From contig NC_043005.1 in the NCBI RefSeq assembly GCF_006345805.1, positions 86,118,001-86,182,000 of the forward strand: a stretch of 64,000 bases of DNA, in the 5' to 3' direction. Below are positions 24,532 to 38,984 of this stretch, one piece after another (positions within the stretch are counted from its first letter, which is position 1; the number at the start of each line of letters is the position of its first letter). The DNA is from Octopus sinensis (Eukaryota). The notes beneath the pieces were generated by a model. The model did no database searches and had not been told where the DNA came from. It was given only the letters and a program-made list of their open reading frames with translations. The position numbers and the translations under genes were made by a program.

Positions 24532-25100
24532 CAGTGTTTGTCCCCCCCCAACATCGCTTGACAACCGATGCTGGTATGTTTACGTCCCTGTAACTTAGCG
24601 GTTCGGCAAAAGAGACTGATAGAATAAATACTAGGCTTACAAAGAATAAGTCCGGGGCACGATTTGCTTGACTAAAGGCGGTGCTCACAGCTTGGCCACA
24701 GTCAAATGACTGAAACAAGTAAAAGAGTAAAAGAGAGAGTATGGAGTCATAACTTTCATTTCTTACCTTCTGTCTTTCAGGTGTTGTAATGGTTGGAACA
24801 CGTATATTCTTTGATGAAAGCCTTTCGAATATTGTTGACCGTAAGTTATTGAGAAGAACTTTTAACATCAGCTGGATCATACAACCTAACAGAGAGCTAT
24901 ACCAAGACCGGTCAAGGCTGTCACATACAATTCGGCAGAGAATATTATGCTTTGTTGGACATTTCCACGGGGCTAGGGACCAGCAGATTTCAAAGCTTCT
25001 ATTTTGGTTACCATCATATGGTAGGTAACACAGAAGAGTTAGAATTAAGATCTTTCCATAAATACTCAGAGAAGACACGGATATAAAATCTGATTCAGAA
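23585..25100 (+). mobile_element. Decayed RTE-like LINE RT/C-terminal fragment split by a SINE insertion
   Basis: FDSI.KERMFQIL.DHGVP...PDE...TGLSQNNTLDP.LFI.ALD, DFAD, NKLDKIWKSN...FFR, then after the insertion LLRRTFNISW...IRQR.L.FVGH...LLFWLP..G. Confidence 0.75.
24331..24841 (+). mobile_element. SINE family C plus 3' extension of about 100 bp, inserted in the RTE-like LINE
   Basis: Full family C body 24331-24735 and the same extension as at 13737-13830. TAAGT occurs on both sides of the unit, and the LINE reading (RLYSK|LLRRTF) is restored when the unit is removed. Confidence 0.85.
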
Positions 25101-25185
25101 ATTAAAGTTTTCATAGGGGGACAAAAAAAGTTAGAGGCAGAGAATGGAAGATTTGATGGTTCTGGTAATTGACGATGATGATAAT

Positions 25186-25219
<34 letters not shown>

Positions 25220-25344
25220 TGTATATATATATACATACATATACAGGCAAATCTCAATCTATGTATCTACCTATCTATCTCTATCTATCCGTCTATGTAT
25301 ATATTATTTATATATATATATATATATACTGAGAGGGATGGGAG

Positions 25345-25472
<128 letters not shown>

Positions 25473-27030
25473 GGATAAAGAAGAAATCGAAGAAGTGGGA
25501 GAAGAAGGTAACGATGAAGAGGAAAGGGAAGAAATAGACGGCAAAATGTGAGAGAGGCAAAGAAGTGAGAAATAATGCAGATATAATTTCATAACATTGA
25601 AAACAATATTTATTTTGATAAATGTTATATTTCATAACAAAGACAATCATTTATTTACCATTATATATTATCGTATTAAAAACAACTTTTGTGAGTACGA
25701 TTTCGTTGAATTATTTTCACTATTTTGTGAATAAATAAATATTGACATCACTATATATAATGATTTCTAATACAAACAAGAAAGCACAAACTTTATTGTG
25801 AGGTGAGGGATGGCAAATTTTATCGATCATACAGCTGAAATTATATTTATCTTATCGATACTGTAAAGATGAAAGACTAAATCGGGGGTTTTGTGTTTTT
25901 AATTCAATAGAAAATAAAGTATAACTGAATATCAGAAGTAATTTTTCCTGGCGTTTTTAGTAATTCTAGCATTCACTGCCGTCGATTATATCGACCCATT
26001 ATTCAGCCGGACTTTATTTCAAAAACCCCGACGTAATGGAAATAAAAGTTGTCTCGCATGGATTCGAACTTGGAACATAAAGATTTGGAGATAATATTGC
26101 AAAAAATAGTTCGTTTGATTCTGTAACGATTCTACTAAGCAAATAATAATGGAACTACCTCCTCCTCTATTTGATACAGCGGGACCAATGGTAGCACCGG
26201 ATAATCAAAGACAGGGCAGTCACCAGTGTATGGTGGGGATTAGTAGCGATAAAACAACTATTTGGAAACGGGTATCTGAGCGTTTATAGAATAAAAATAC
26301 TGAATATATAAAATATATGCATACGTGCATACACACATATATGCGCTGAAATTGAATAGTGAGAATGATTACTCATCGATGAATTGGTGAATAAATATTA
26401 TTTATAATAGATTTAGCAAGACTACCAATGCTTTCAAGTAGGAACTGATCGCTTAACTATTATCTAGTTTGTCTCCTGGTAAGGTTGATACCTGTTTTCT
26501 ATCGAAAAAGCAGACGAGTTTCAGTTCCTCTTCTTCAACAAATGAAGAGTGCATGCCATGCATATCAGTCACGGTTGCCTTAGATTTGTCTTTCGAAGCA
26601 TGAGGAATACCATTGAATCTTTCATGATTCAGAGATGGGATGGTTTATTTTCATTTCCCGCTGCTGGACACCGGAATGTATTATGGATACACATTCCTGT
26701 GTCATACCGCTTTGCCAGATAGGCAATTTCCCACCAAATAAGCCTTTAATATTGGAAACAACTCAGATGGAACTATCCAAACTGGAAATCCTTTCCCTAT
26801 TTTGCAATTTGAATTTTATATCCGTTTCTTCGTTTGTCTTCTAATGTACACATTGTGCGTTGGAGTGGATTCTTCTCTCTCTCTGCTTCTCTCTCTCTGT
26901 TTTTCTCCCTCTGCTTCTCTCTCTCTCTCTCTCTCTCTGCTTCACCTTCTCTCTACTTGTCTCTCTGCTTCTCTCTCTGTCTCTGCTTCTCTCTCTGCTT
27001 TCTGTCTCTGTTTTTCTCTCTCTCTCTGCT

Positions 27031-27061
<31 letters not shown>

Positions 27062-27437
27062 AGCTTTTATCCTAATCTGTGTTTAAAATAGTATTTCTCC
27101 AAAAAAATTATATTTCTTGTTTTCAAACAAATGTGTTCTGCGGAAAAATTAAAATTGTTGCCTCGTCTGTTTTTTGTTTAAAGTCATTTTTCTTATTTTT
27201 CGTTCGAATTTTTGTGCGTGGGAGATGGAATGCTCTCTAGCAATTTCAATTTTGCAAATCAAAGTATCTTTCCTCCAAAAACTGAACAAGCAATGCGGCC
27301 AAAGCATATCCATATCTCTCTATAAAAAGGAAAATTAAGCGTTAAACATAATTCCATGACCACAGATTGTCATTAGGTAAAATTGTCCACTACAAGTGAG
27401 CGCTAGAAGAGAGAGGCGACTGTAAACACGCAGAACC

Positions 27438-28036
<599 letters not shown>

Positions 28037-28585
28037 ATGCAGTACCAAGCAGTGGCTCTCATGGATTCTCATCATAACTGATTAGAAGTGTTATCATGTA
28101 GATTGTTTTGCCTTGGTGTAATAGATGGGCTACGGCAACTATTCTGCTAAACATGACATATTTGCTGGTCAGTTGTTTGACCATAACTAGTTGAGCATGT
28201 GCCTTAAACGCTGACGATATGTGCATCTCTGGCCACGAGCAGAAGTAGTGGGGGAGCACCATAGCCATGTGTGGAGAGGAATTCTTTGGGTTTATGGATA
28301 ATTCACCTCTGGAAACATGGTTGCTTCGTTCAAGATTCTCCAACAATCCTTATTCAGGTACTTTTTGAGCGGGATGGGTTACTCGACCTGCAGAAAATTC
28401 TAATCGGACTCCACCTGCAAGGTCATTCCCATTTAATCTTGATATAAGAGCACCATGTCGCGCACATATAGTTGTGGTGCATGTGCCTGGTGTACCCTTA
28501 TCAGATCGGTAGTCATGATGAGTATACTGGGCGTTGTATATTTTACTCCAGTGTCACTTTGATGGCATGCACTGCTCTATCACTC
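28037..28585. mobile_element. Family D repeat, copy 3 (more diverged)
   Basis: Colinear with 6769-7323; (AAT)n upstream, (GAT)n/(AAT)n downstream. Confidence 0.85.
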
Positions 28586-28595
28586 AAGGATAATT

Positions 28596-28664
<69 letters not shown>

Positions 28665-28670
28665 ATGATG

Positions 28671-28734
<64 letters not shown>

Positions 28735-28774
28735 CTATGTGTGTAAATAACTAATTCTAAAAGTTAAAATGGTG

Positions 28775-29620
28775 TGATTTACGTCGATGTCCGCAAGCGT
28801 TTGCCAAGTACGATAGCAACATAAAAGTCAAGTGATCATCGCAAATGTCGTCAGCGATGAGATCAGAATGGGAATTTGGAAGAGAATTAAATGTGCTACA
28901 GTCATATTTAAAAGAGGAAAAGTGATCAAGACTGAAAATCTAATCTTTGATAATGACACCAGGATCAAGGATTTAAACACATACAAGTCACTTGAAGGGA
29001 ACGAAGTCGATAGAATATAACACGAGAGAAAAAAGATGAACCAAAGGAGAGTGAGTATGGAACCGAAAAGGAAAGTGAAAGCAGCTACCAGACTTAAAGC
29101 GATTGGCACTTTACCAAAATCCGTAGATTTTTGAGGGTTTCGACACCAAATGTAAACTGAATAACATCTGAAACTCAACTCTAAAACACAAAAGATGCAG
29201 ACATTAGAGATAAAGAATCACTCAAAAGGAGATGTCGGGTGGTTGTACTTACCTGGAATAACCTTACGACACATCCTCTACACCATTTTGAAATGCACCG
29301 AGCGAGGGCTGGAAGAATTTGATGTCAGCAAACCTTGAACGATTCGATCACAATATAATACTAAAGAGAAAATCCGATACTGAAATACGTGGATAGCAGC
29401 TACAATGAGCCAAATTTTTTTCTGACAAACAGAACGTAGTATGTCGTGGGAGAAGTACTTCACTCAAAACCAGCAGAAGTTATCAGTGGAGTTCTGCAGG
29501 AGAAGGCGGCATAATTGAACCAGAACAGGCTTCAACACTACCACTTCAAGACCCATTCTTCCGAATGGTAAAACATCAGATATACGACATCAAGAGAAAA
29601 CAGGGTGATTCAAGAAAGAG
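28775..29620 (+). mobile_element. Highly decayed R4/Dong-type LINE fragment
   Basis: YVD..., SDEIRM...KCATVIFKRGKVIKTENL...IKDL.TYK.L, KGDV..LYLP, KSDTE match the order seen in 61270-62170. Follows a (GAT)/(AAT) tract. Confidence 0.65.
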
Positions 29621-29999
29621 TCTGATATTCCAGAAACCATATCAACAAAAGACGAGGTGACACACTTATTTATGCCAAGCGAGTGAAAGAGGAGGATGCA
29701 AAATACGGTTAGTTTCCAGTTCAGTAAGCCTGGTGAGAAGACTATGTAATGCAGGGGAAGTAGGTTAAAGGGCCACGGGACGAAGATGTGCAGATAATAC
29801 GGCACATAATTTGTACTTAATATTTGTATTTTGCTTTTTTACTTGCATTATTGATAGAAAATTATTTTGTAGTTTACCTCATTCTAAACATTTGCTACGA
29901 CTCTCTCTTGAGTCCCACGACCATACTCCAGCGGACGAAATTCTTTGTTAGGTTTTATCCACTTTTCCATTTTACGGACTATCTTGTATGATAGTAGTA

Positions 30000-30312
30000 A
30001 AGATGCGTGTCTAAGTGGTTAGGGTAATCGGTTGGAGATCATAAGGTCGTGAGTTCAATCTCCGACTGCTCGTTTGTTAAACAAGACATTTTATTTCATG
30101 TAACCTGCAGTCAACTCAGCTGACAGAAAAAAGGTAGTACCTGTATTTCAAAGGGCCAGCTTTGTCACATTCTATATCACGCTAATTCCTCCGCCAGCTA
30201 CGTTAAAGCCATACGTATTTGTGTGGTGCTCAACCAGTTGCACGTTAATTCCACCAACAGGTTGTTCCGTTGATCAGATCCACTAGGACCCAATGTGTCG
30301 ACGGAGCGCCAG
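30000..30312 (+). mobile_element. SINE family B', diverged
   Basis: GTGGTTAGGG, GAGTTCAATCTCC, CAAGACATTTTATTTC, then the family B tail GTACCTGTATTTCAAAGGGCCAGC...GCACGTTAATT. Confidence 0.65.
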
Positions 30313-30912
30313 TTACATGTGACAGTAAAATTCTTATGAACATTCCAGAATATCCTTTTGTAACCCCATCCGTAACAAACTTTTCAGCATTTATCTCTAT
30401 TTCACCAACTCAGTCAATTGTTTATTTCAGTTTCTCATTTTATTTCTATTTGTGTTTGATTCCTAGTAAATTTAAAATTATATTCATGTTTTAAAAAAAC
30501 AAACAAAATCTTACTTAGTCTCCAATTTTATACCTTTAGAAATATTTGTATTCAGATGGTAAATAATTCCAATTTTTTCCGGTTGCAAACCTTTCTTCTA
30601 CATTGCGTTCGTAAATAAAGAAGATATTCTATGTCACACTTGGTGTGCATTATTTTAAAAGCAAATATCTCTTTTTCGTTAGCTTTATATGCAGCTTTCA
30701 CAAAAGCTGATGAATTTTTTTTACTTTCATTTTTCGGCGGGTGGATGAGTGTGTGCATAGAATGAACCGGACTCTTACCTGAGTGACTGAATAACACCTA
30801 ATAACTTCACCGGAGTCTCGAACATCAAATACGGTTTATTTGGGAATGTCACACTGCTTTTGTCTTAATAAAGTGCAGAAACGAGGATGTGTATAAGATA
30901 GATATATCCAAA

Positions 30913-30954
<42 letters not shown>

Positions 30955-31275
30955 ATATACGTACACATACACATACATATGTTTGCATTTATTACGCAAA
31001 CGTGTGTGTGTGCTGTTGACACCGCTTCATTGAATGGTATTACCCAGGTGTGGAAATTATAATGATATCGGTGGGGCAGCTGATGATGGAGGTATATTGG
31101 ATTGTTGGTGGGGTGTTTTGTATATGTGGAATAGTATTATAATACATCGTACGACTTATTTTTTGAAGCTTCGTACTTATTCTTGTGGAATGTTTAGCCG
31201 AACCACTAACTGACGGGGACATGAACAAGCTATCACCGGTTGTCAAGACACAGAAACACACAGACACATATATAA

Positions 31276-31495
31276 GGCGTCGAGCTGGCAGAATCGTTAG
31301 CACGTCGGGTGAAATGCTTAGCGGTATTTCGTCTGCCGCTACGTTCTGAGTTCAAATTCCGCCGAGGTCGACTTTGCCTTTCATCCTTTCGGGGTCGATA
31401 AATATAGTACCAGTTTCGCACTGGGGTCGTTGTAATCGACTTAATCCCTTGTTTGTCCCCTCTATGTTTAGCCCCTTGTGGACAATAAAGAAATA
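31276..31495 (+). mobile_element. SINE family A
   Basis: Colinear with 1034-1263. Confidence 0.9.
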
Positions 31496-31499
31496 TATA

Positions 31500-31655
31500 T
31501 ATGACTGGCTTCTTTTAGTTTCCGGCACCCAAATCTACTCAGAAGGCTTTGGTCAGCCCGCGGGTATATTAGAGGACACCCGCCGAATGCGCCATGCCGT
31601 GGGACTGAGCCCGAAACCATGTGGTTGGGAAGCAGACATCCTACCACACAGCCAA
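31500..31655 (-). mobile_element. Isolated 5' module of SINE family C, diverged
   Basis: GGCTTCTTTTAGTTTCCG...GTGGGACTGAGCCCGAAACCATGTGGTTGG...ACCACACAGCC. Confidence 0.7.
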
Positions 31656-31789
31656 GTTCGATAGACTAAGAACGATGTTTTGAATTAAATGTATTGGATG
31701 GATTTATTCCAGTAAAATCTCCTTAAGGCAGAGCTCCAGCGTGGCCACCGTCAGAAAGACTGAAACAAGTAAAAGAAAAAAGATAAATA

Positions 31790-32151
31790 TATGTGTCTGA
31801 TTCAGATGTATATGTATGTGCGTATGTATGTGTGTGTATGTATGTGTGTGTATGTATGTAAATGTGTGTATGTGCGTATGCATACATGTGTGTATGTGTG
31901 TACGTGTATTAGTATATATGTGTGCATGTTTGTATGTATGTGTGTATGTGTGTGTGAATGTATGTGCGTATGTTGTGTATGTATGTGTGTATGTATGTGT
32001 GTATATATGTGTGGATATGTGTATGTATGTGTATGTATGTGTATATGCGTGTATGCGTGTATGCGTGTATGCGTGTATGTGTGTATGTATGTATATGTGT
32101 TTGTACGTGTGTATGTGTGTAGGTATGAATGTATGTGTGTATATATATATA

Positions 32152-32205
<54 letters not shown>

Positions 32206-32627
32206 ATGTGTGTATGTGTTTATGTATGTGTGTTTGTATGCATATATGTGTACATGTGTGCATGTACGTATGTGGGTGTATGCATGCATGTGTATGTGTC
32301 TGTATGCATGTGTGTATGTACGTATGAGTGTATGTGTGTGTGTATGTATGTGTATGTATGTGTGCCTATGTATGTATGTGTATGTGTGTGTATGTGTGTA
32401 TGTAATAAGGAGAGGGCGGGGAGGCAAAAACAAATTCACTGACAAGATTCGGAATGCGCCTGAAAGTGTTTGGCAGAATACGAGAAGCCATTAAGAGAAA
32501 GAGAAGGGAATCTGGATAGGGAGAGGAAACGGCAGGGAGAGGGAGGAGAAATGAAGACAGAGAGAGAGAGAGGCGATGTATGGAAGAAGGCCAGAAATAT
32601 CTAGTCATATACAGGGAGAGAGAGAGG

Positions 32628-32663
<36 letters not shown>

Positions 32664-33195
32664 TAGAACAGAAAACGTGATGGAGAAGAAAAGAAAAGGA
32701 GATTGAAAAGGGGGTACTTTGTGTTTAGGTGTATGTAAGAGGAAGAGAGAGAGAGAGAAAGAGAAAGAGAGAGGGAAAGGGAGACAGAGCGAAAAAATAT
32801 GAGAGAGAGAGAGAGGAAGAGCGAGAGGAAGAGGGGGAGGGTGTGCATGTATGAGACTGAGCGAGTGGAAGAGAGTGTGTGCCTGTGCATGTGTGAGAGT
32901 TAGAAAGAGGGAAAGAGAGATAGAGAGAAATTGTGAGTGATCGTGAGAGAGAGCGAGAGTGATTTATGTGTGTGTGAGAGAGATAAAGAGATAGAGAGAG
33001 AGAGAGAGAGATACAGACAACCTGATACACACACACATATATATATATAAAGAGAGAGAGAGAGAAAGAGATAGATAGATAGATAGATAGATAGATTGAT
33101 TGATTGATTGACCGATAGTTAGGTAGATAGATTGAGAGATAGACGAATAGATAGATAGATAGATGGATAGATAGATAGATAGATAGATAGATAGG
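31790..33195. repeat. Long degenerate (TG)/(TA)/(TATG), (GA) and (ATAG) simple-repeat region
   Basis: Read directly; source of many spurious ORFs. Confidence 0.9.
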
Positions 33196-33614
33196 AAGAG
33201 AAAGGGAGAGAAAGATTTTGAGGGAGAGCTTGAAACTCGATATATATATATATAAAGACAATATATTGCCGTGTATGGAAAGTAAATCTGCAAAAATCTG
33301 CTAATCACCTTTTTTAAATCTCTTTTACTTCACCAATCTGTCACTCGCTCGATTTCCCACTGTTATATTTATATATATATATATATCTGCACTGTACACA
33401 CGCATAAATATATTCGTAAACACACTGCCACACACGTAAATATAAAATACACACACACAGATATATTCACAAATTGAGTTCGAGATTTATTATAGAGAGC
33501 AACAAGTTGCATCGCCTCCACCCAGCGTCACTCTAACAAATATGTCCGCGTCTCATTTCGCCTCCATTATCAGCAGTAAGTAGAACGCTATCATCTTTAG
33601 TAACAAGAACGCTA

Positions 33615-34140
33615 CTATCTAATCACCATTGCTAGTACCACCACCACCACCACAATCACCACCATCTTCACCAACACCTCCACCACCACCACGACAACCA
33701 CCACAATCACCGCCACCACCACCACTACCACAATCACGGCAACGACGACTACCACGATCATCATACCGACTACCATCACCGTAACTATCACCATCACAAC
33801 CACCACCACCAGAATCACCATCTTCACCACCACTACCACCACACTCACGATTACCACCACCACCTCCACGACCATCATAACAACCCCATCAATGTAATTA
33901 TCACTATCACAACCACCACCACCGCCACGACCATCATAACAACCCCATCACCGTAATTATCACTATCACAAATACCACCACTACAATTATCACCATTTTC
34001 ACCACCACCACCACTAGCACAGTAGCACCATCACCAACGCCACTGCCGTCACCACCACCACCACCGTCACCACTGCAAGCACCACCACCACCACCACCAC
34101 ACACTACCTCCATCATCACCACCTCTATCGCCACCACTCT
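33615..34140. repeat. Degenerate (CAC)n low-complexity tract with an internal duplication of about 55 bp
   Basis: CCACGACCATCATAACAACCCCATCA..GTAATTATCACTATCACAA occurs twice (about 33866-33971). Confidence 0.85.
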
Positions 34141-34295
34141 ATTACCATCACCCATACTAACAGCGGAAAAGCTATCCTGAGAACCGAAACCACAACCCTT
34201 CCTACCACTGCCTCTTGTACTCCTTACAATGACCAACAACCAAGGAATCAGTCATCAATTGGTCGCTTTAAGATGCTAGAAATAACAGCAAGATG

Positions 34296-34514
34296 TTGGC
34301 AGAGTGGTTAGCACGCCGGGCGAAATGCTTAGCGGTATTTCGTCTGCCGTTACTTTCTGAGTAAATTCCGCCGAGGTCGACTTTGCCTTTCATCCTTTCG
34401 GGGTCGATAAATGAAGTACCAGTTCCGCACTGGGATCGTTATAATCGACTTAATCCGTTTGTTTGTCCTTGTTTGTCCCCTCTCTGTTTAGCCCCTTGTG
34501 GGCAGTAAAGAAAC
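34296..34514 (+). mobile_element. SINE family A
   Basis: Colinear with 1034-1263. Confidence 0.9.
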
Positions 34515-35092
34515 AGATACTGCTTTTTCAACAAAGTGCAATACGATTTGAATATCATCCCAGGAATATTGTGCTTGTGTAAAAGACGGGCTATTTTTGA
34601 TCATAGGTCTGCTCAACGACTTCGTGCAATAGCAACCAGCAACAGAAATATCCCTTCTATTACAAACTGAAACACCTTTATCTTCATCACCCAAAATGCT
34701 CAGCATCCCCATCACAAAATACTACGATGCTGCTATAACAGCTAGTATTCAGTTGTCAGATATATTCGTTCGTTCTTTTCTTTACATGGCGCCTTACTCG
34801 TCGTATGTCTGAAATCAGGTTGGATTGTTTAAATTTCTAAAACAATAAATAAAAATTATAGAGGAAGAATTAAACTAGGAAGATCCATGAGTTAACGATT
34901 AAAGCATTTTGAGTGTCAATTCAAATAAAACCAAAAAGGACTGAAATAAATAGAAAAGAATAACATTAAGAGAGAGAGACTGAGAAAAAGAGAGAAAGAA
35001 AGAAAAGAAAACAAACGAATTTCTATGACAACCAAATAAAATTCCCATTTCATTACAGCGATAGTAATCATTGTGAAAATAATTCAATGTGT

Positions 35093-35465
35093 GGAGGCGA
35101 ATGGCCCAGTGGTTAGGGCAGAGGGCTCGCGATGGTAGGATGGCGGTTTCGATTCCCAGACCAGGCGTCGTGTGTTTATTGAGCGAAAACACCTAAAGCT
35201 CAACGAGGCCCCGGCAGGGGGTGTGGCGAACTCTGCTGTATTCGTTCACTACAACTTTCTCTCACACTTTCTCCCTGTTTCTGTCGTACCTGTATTTCAA
35301 AGGGCCAGCCTTGTTACATTCTGTGTCACGCTGAATCTCCCCGTGCACTACATTTAGGGTACACGTGTCTGTGAAGTGCTCAACCACTTGCACGTTAATT
35401 TCATGAGGAAGCTGTTCCATTGATTGAATCAACTGGAACCCACGTCGTCGTAATCGACGGAGTGG
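35093..35465 (+). mobile_element. tRNA-derived SINE family B, full length
   Basis: A box TGGCCCAGTGG, B box GGTTTCGATTCC, tail ending GTCGTCGTAATCGACGGAGTG. Confidence 0.9.
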
Positions 35466-35609
35466 CATGAATTCAATGTAAGAGACGCGTAGAGCACGCG
35501 AACAAAATGCTTAGCGGCATTTCTTCCGTGTTTCCTCCTTTCATGATCGATAAAATAAGTAGCAGTTGAATACTAAGGTCGATCTAATCGCCTTAACTCG
35601 TCCCCAGGA

Positions 35610-35760
35610 CTTTTTTCTTTGTAAGCCCAATACTTATTCTTTCGCACTCTTTTGCTGAACTGTTGGTTTCGAGGACGTAAACACAGCAACATCGGGGGAC
35701 AAACACAGACACTCAAACACACACACGCGCTAGCGCGCGCTCATTCACGCACACACACGC

Positions 35761-35803
<43 letters not shown>

Positions 35804-36150
35804 ACACATGTATACGACGGGCTTCTTTCAGTTTGCGTCTACCAAATCCACTCACAAGTCTGGTCGGCTTGAGGCTATAGTAGAAGTCACTTGACCAAGT
35901 TACCATGTGGTTGGAAAGCAAGCTACTTACCACACAGCCACGTCTGCGCCTATTAGCCACTCGTGTGTGCGTGTGTGTGTGTGTGTATCCGATGGTTTGC
36001 TTTCATTTTCCATCTACTAAATCCACTCACAAGGCTTTAGTCGGCTCGAAGCCACAGTAGAAGACATGTGCTCAAAGTGCCGCGCAGTGGGACTGTATCC
36101 AGAATCATGTGTTTGGGAAACAAGTTTCGTACCACACAGGCCACGACTGT
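35610..36150 (-). mobile_element. SINE family C copy with deletions, followed by a second isolated 5' module (about 35990-36150)
   Basis: Family C blocks read on the minus strand; the AAATCCACTCACAAG...ACCACACAG module occurs twice. Confidence 0.75.
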
Positions 36151-36616
36151 GCCCTTCTTTTTTTTTAAAAAAAGGGTGCAATGGCTATGAGGGTCTAGTC
36201 GAGAAAAATAGGGTATCGTAGGTAAATACGAAAACAGCTGAGAACCACTAACAACGGAGTAGTAGCATCACAAGCGACCTCACCTCTTCGCTTCCTTCCT
36301 CCAAAGCCACCACTACCGCCACCAGTACCACAAAGTTAACCATCGCCGCGAGCACAACGAACACCAATGATGCAGCTACCACCACGGCTACGACCACAAT
36401 AAACAGCAAATAACAATTTATTATCCAAATTGATTGGTTATGTGTTGTTAAGTTGGCATAAAGTCAATAAGGGTTGCTTCATTGGAATTGTAGTTTTGTT
36501 GACAAATGAACTGGTTGGGAAGTCTAGCATTTTACACAACAACAATGGACCTTGTCTCCTTTCTGAAGCTTTTTTAAAAAAATTTTCTCTACTTCATATA
36601 TATATATATATATATA

Positions 36617-36651
<35 letters not shown>

Positions 36652-36891
36652 ATGTACATACGTATATACATACATATATGTGTGTATTTACATAAAGTAT
36701 GCGTATATATATATATATACACATGTATATATAGATAGATGTATATATATGGAGATATGCATATATATATGTATATATAGATAGATGTATGTATATATAT
36801 ATATGTATATGTATATGTATACATATATATGCATATATATATGTAAAAAATTATGTATACATATGTATATACAAATATATATGTATATAAA

Positions 36892-36954
<63 letters not shown>

Positions 36955-37074
36955 GTATATATATACATACGTACATAGTATATACAAACGTATATGCATA
37001 TATACACAGGTATAAGTCTATATATACATATACACATATATATCTACAAATACATACATACATACATACATACA

Positions 37075-37105
<31 letters not shown>

Positions 37106-37592
37106 GTGTGTGTGTATGTATATAAAGTATGATTATATATATCAACATATGTATATATACATAGATGTATGTATGTACGCACACACATATATATATACAG
37201 TGATATAGTTTAGATTTCCTCTGATGTATTCTATGCATTTTATATTTTCTCCGCATTCATTTCTATTTCATTTTTTTCTCATGTTTATTTTATGTTTTTC
37301 GTTGCTTTGTTATTCTCCTACTAATTCCCTTACTCTTGCTATTGTTTCAAATGATACTAATGCTTGTTCTATTGTTGTTCTTGTTGGTTGTTGTGCTTGT
37401 TGAAGTGATGATGATGATGATGATAATGATAATGATAATGATGATGTTTATGTTTATACGGTTCTATTGTTGTTTAGGTTTATAATAACTAGGATGTTGA
37501 CTTCAACATAATATTTATCGGTTGTTTGTTCTGTTTAGGTGTTTTCTATACACACCACACACATACACACAACACACACACCCACATATATA

Positions 37593-37635
<43 letters not shown>

Positions 37636-37778
37636 TTATGTATATATATATATGTATATGTATGTATGTATGTATGTATATTATATATTATATATAATAT
37701 ATATATGTATGTATTTATGTATAATATTTATATGTATGTATGTATTTATGTATATATATATATATATATATATATTAC

Positions 37779-37837
<59 letters not shown>

Positions 37838-37906
37838 CGTATATATATACACACATATTTATATTACATATATACACATACACATATACATAAATATATA
37901 AACATG

Positions 37907-37948
<42 letters not shown>

Positions 37949-37984
37949 TAAACAATATATATATATAATTTTATTCATTCATTT

Positions 37985-38361
37985 TTGTATTTTTTCAGCC
38001 ATTTGACTGCGCCCCTACTGGAGCACGGAATGTAGTCGAACAAATCAATCCCAGGATATATTCTTTGTAAGCCTAGTATTTACTCTATCATTCTCTTCAG
38101 CCGAACTGCTAGAATTACGGGGACATATACAAACTAACATCAGTTGTCAAGCGATGTGGCAGTGGTGGTGATGGCGAAAAAACACAGACACACAAACATA
38201 TACACACGTAGGGGCCTTTCAGTTTCCGTGTACCAAATTCATTCAAGCCTTTGTTCGGGCCGAGGCTATGGTTGAAGACATTTACCCAAAGTAACTCACA
38301 GTGGGACTGAACCCGGAACAATGGGGTTGGGAAGCAAGCTACTTACCACAAAGCCACTCCT
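37985..38361 (-). mobile_element. SINE family C, diverged
   Basis: Colinear with 13831-14221. Confidence 0.8.
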
Positions 38362-38519
38362 GTATACACACAAAACACACACACACACAAACATATAGAT
38401 ATGTTTGTATCTGTATGTAAAGAGAAAAACAGAATTATAGATAAATATATATATATAATATTTATCTATAATTCTGTTTTCTCTTTTACATATATATGTA
38501 TGTATATATATATATGGTA

Positions 38520-38608
<89 letters not shown>

Positions 38609-38625
38609 TGTAGATAGATAGATAA

Positions 38626-38695
<70 letters not shown>

Positions 38696-38844
38696 GTATA
38701 GTTAAAAACACACACGATCCTGCTGCATTACCTCTGGATATCCTTGTTGCTTATTTTGATTGTAATCACCCCATTTAAATTATATGGATGATACCATACA
38801 AAATTCTGGTACCTTAACTTAAGAACCATATTCAACTGAATCCA

Positions 38845-38915
<71 letters not shown>

Positions 38916-38938
38916 ATATATACATATATATATTATTA

Positions 38939-38984
<46 letters not shown>

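Noticed and set aside
26455-26645. Minus-strand open frame of about 60 codons (HERFNGIPHASKDK...) with a donor-like CAG|GTATCA
   Set aside because: Stops in all frames just upstream, no convincing acceptor and no recognisable protein.
35093-35165. tRNA-like sequences here and at 39955, 1034 and 15610
   Set aside because: They have A/B boxes but no complete cloverleaf, and they run into repeat bodies; they are SINE heads, not tRNA genes.
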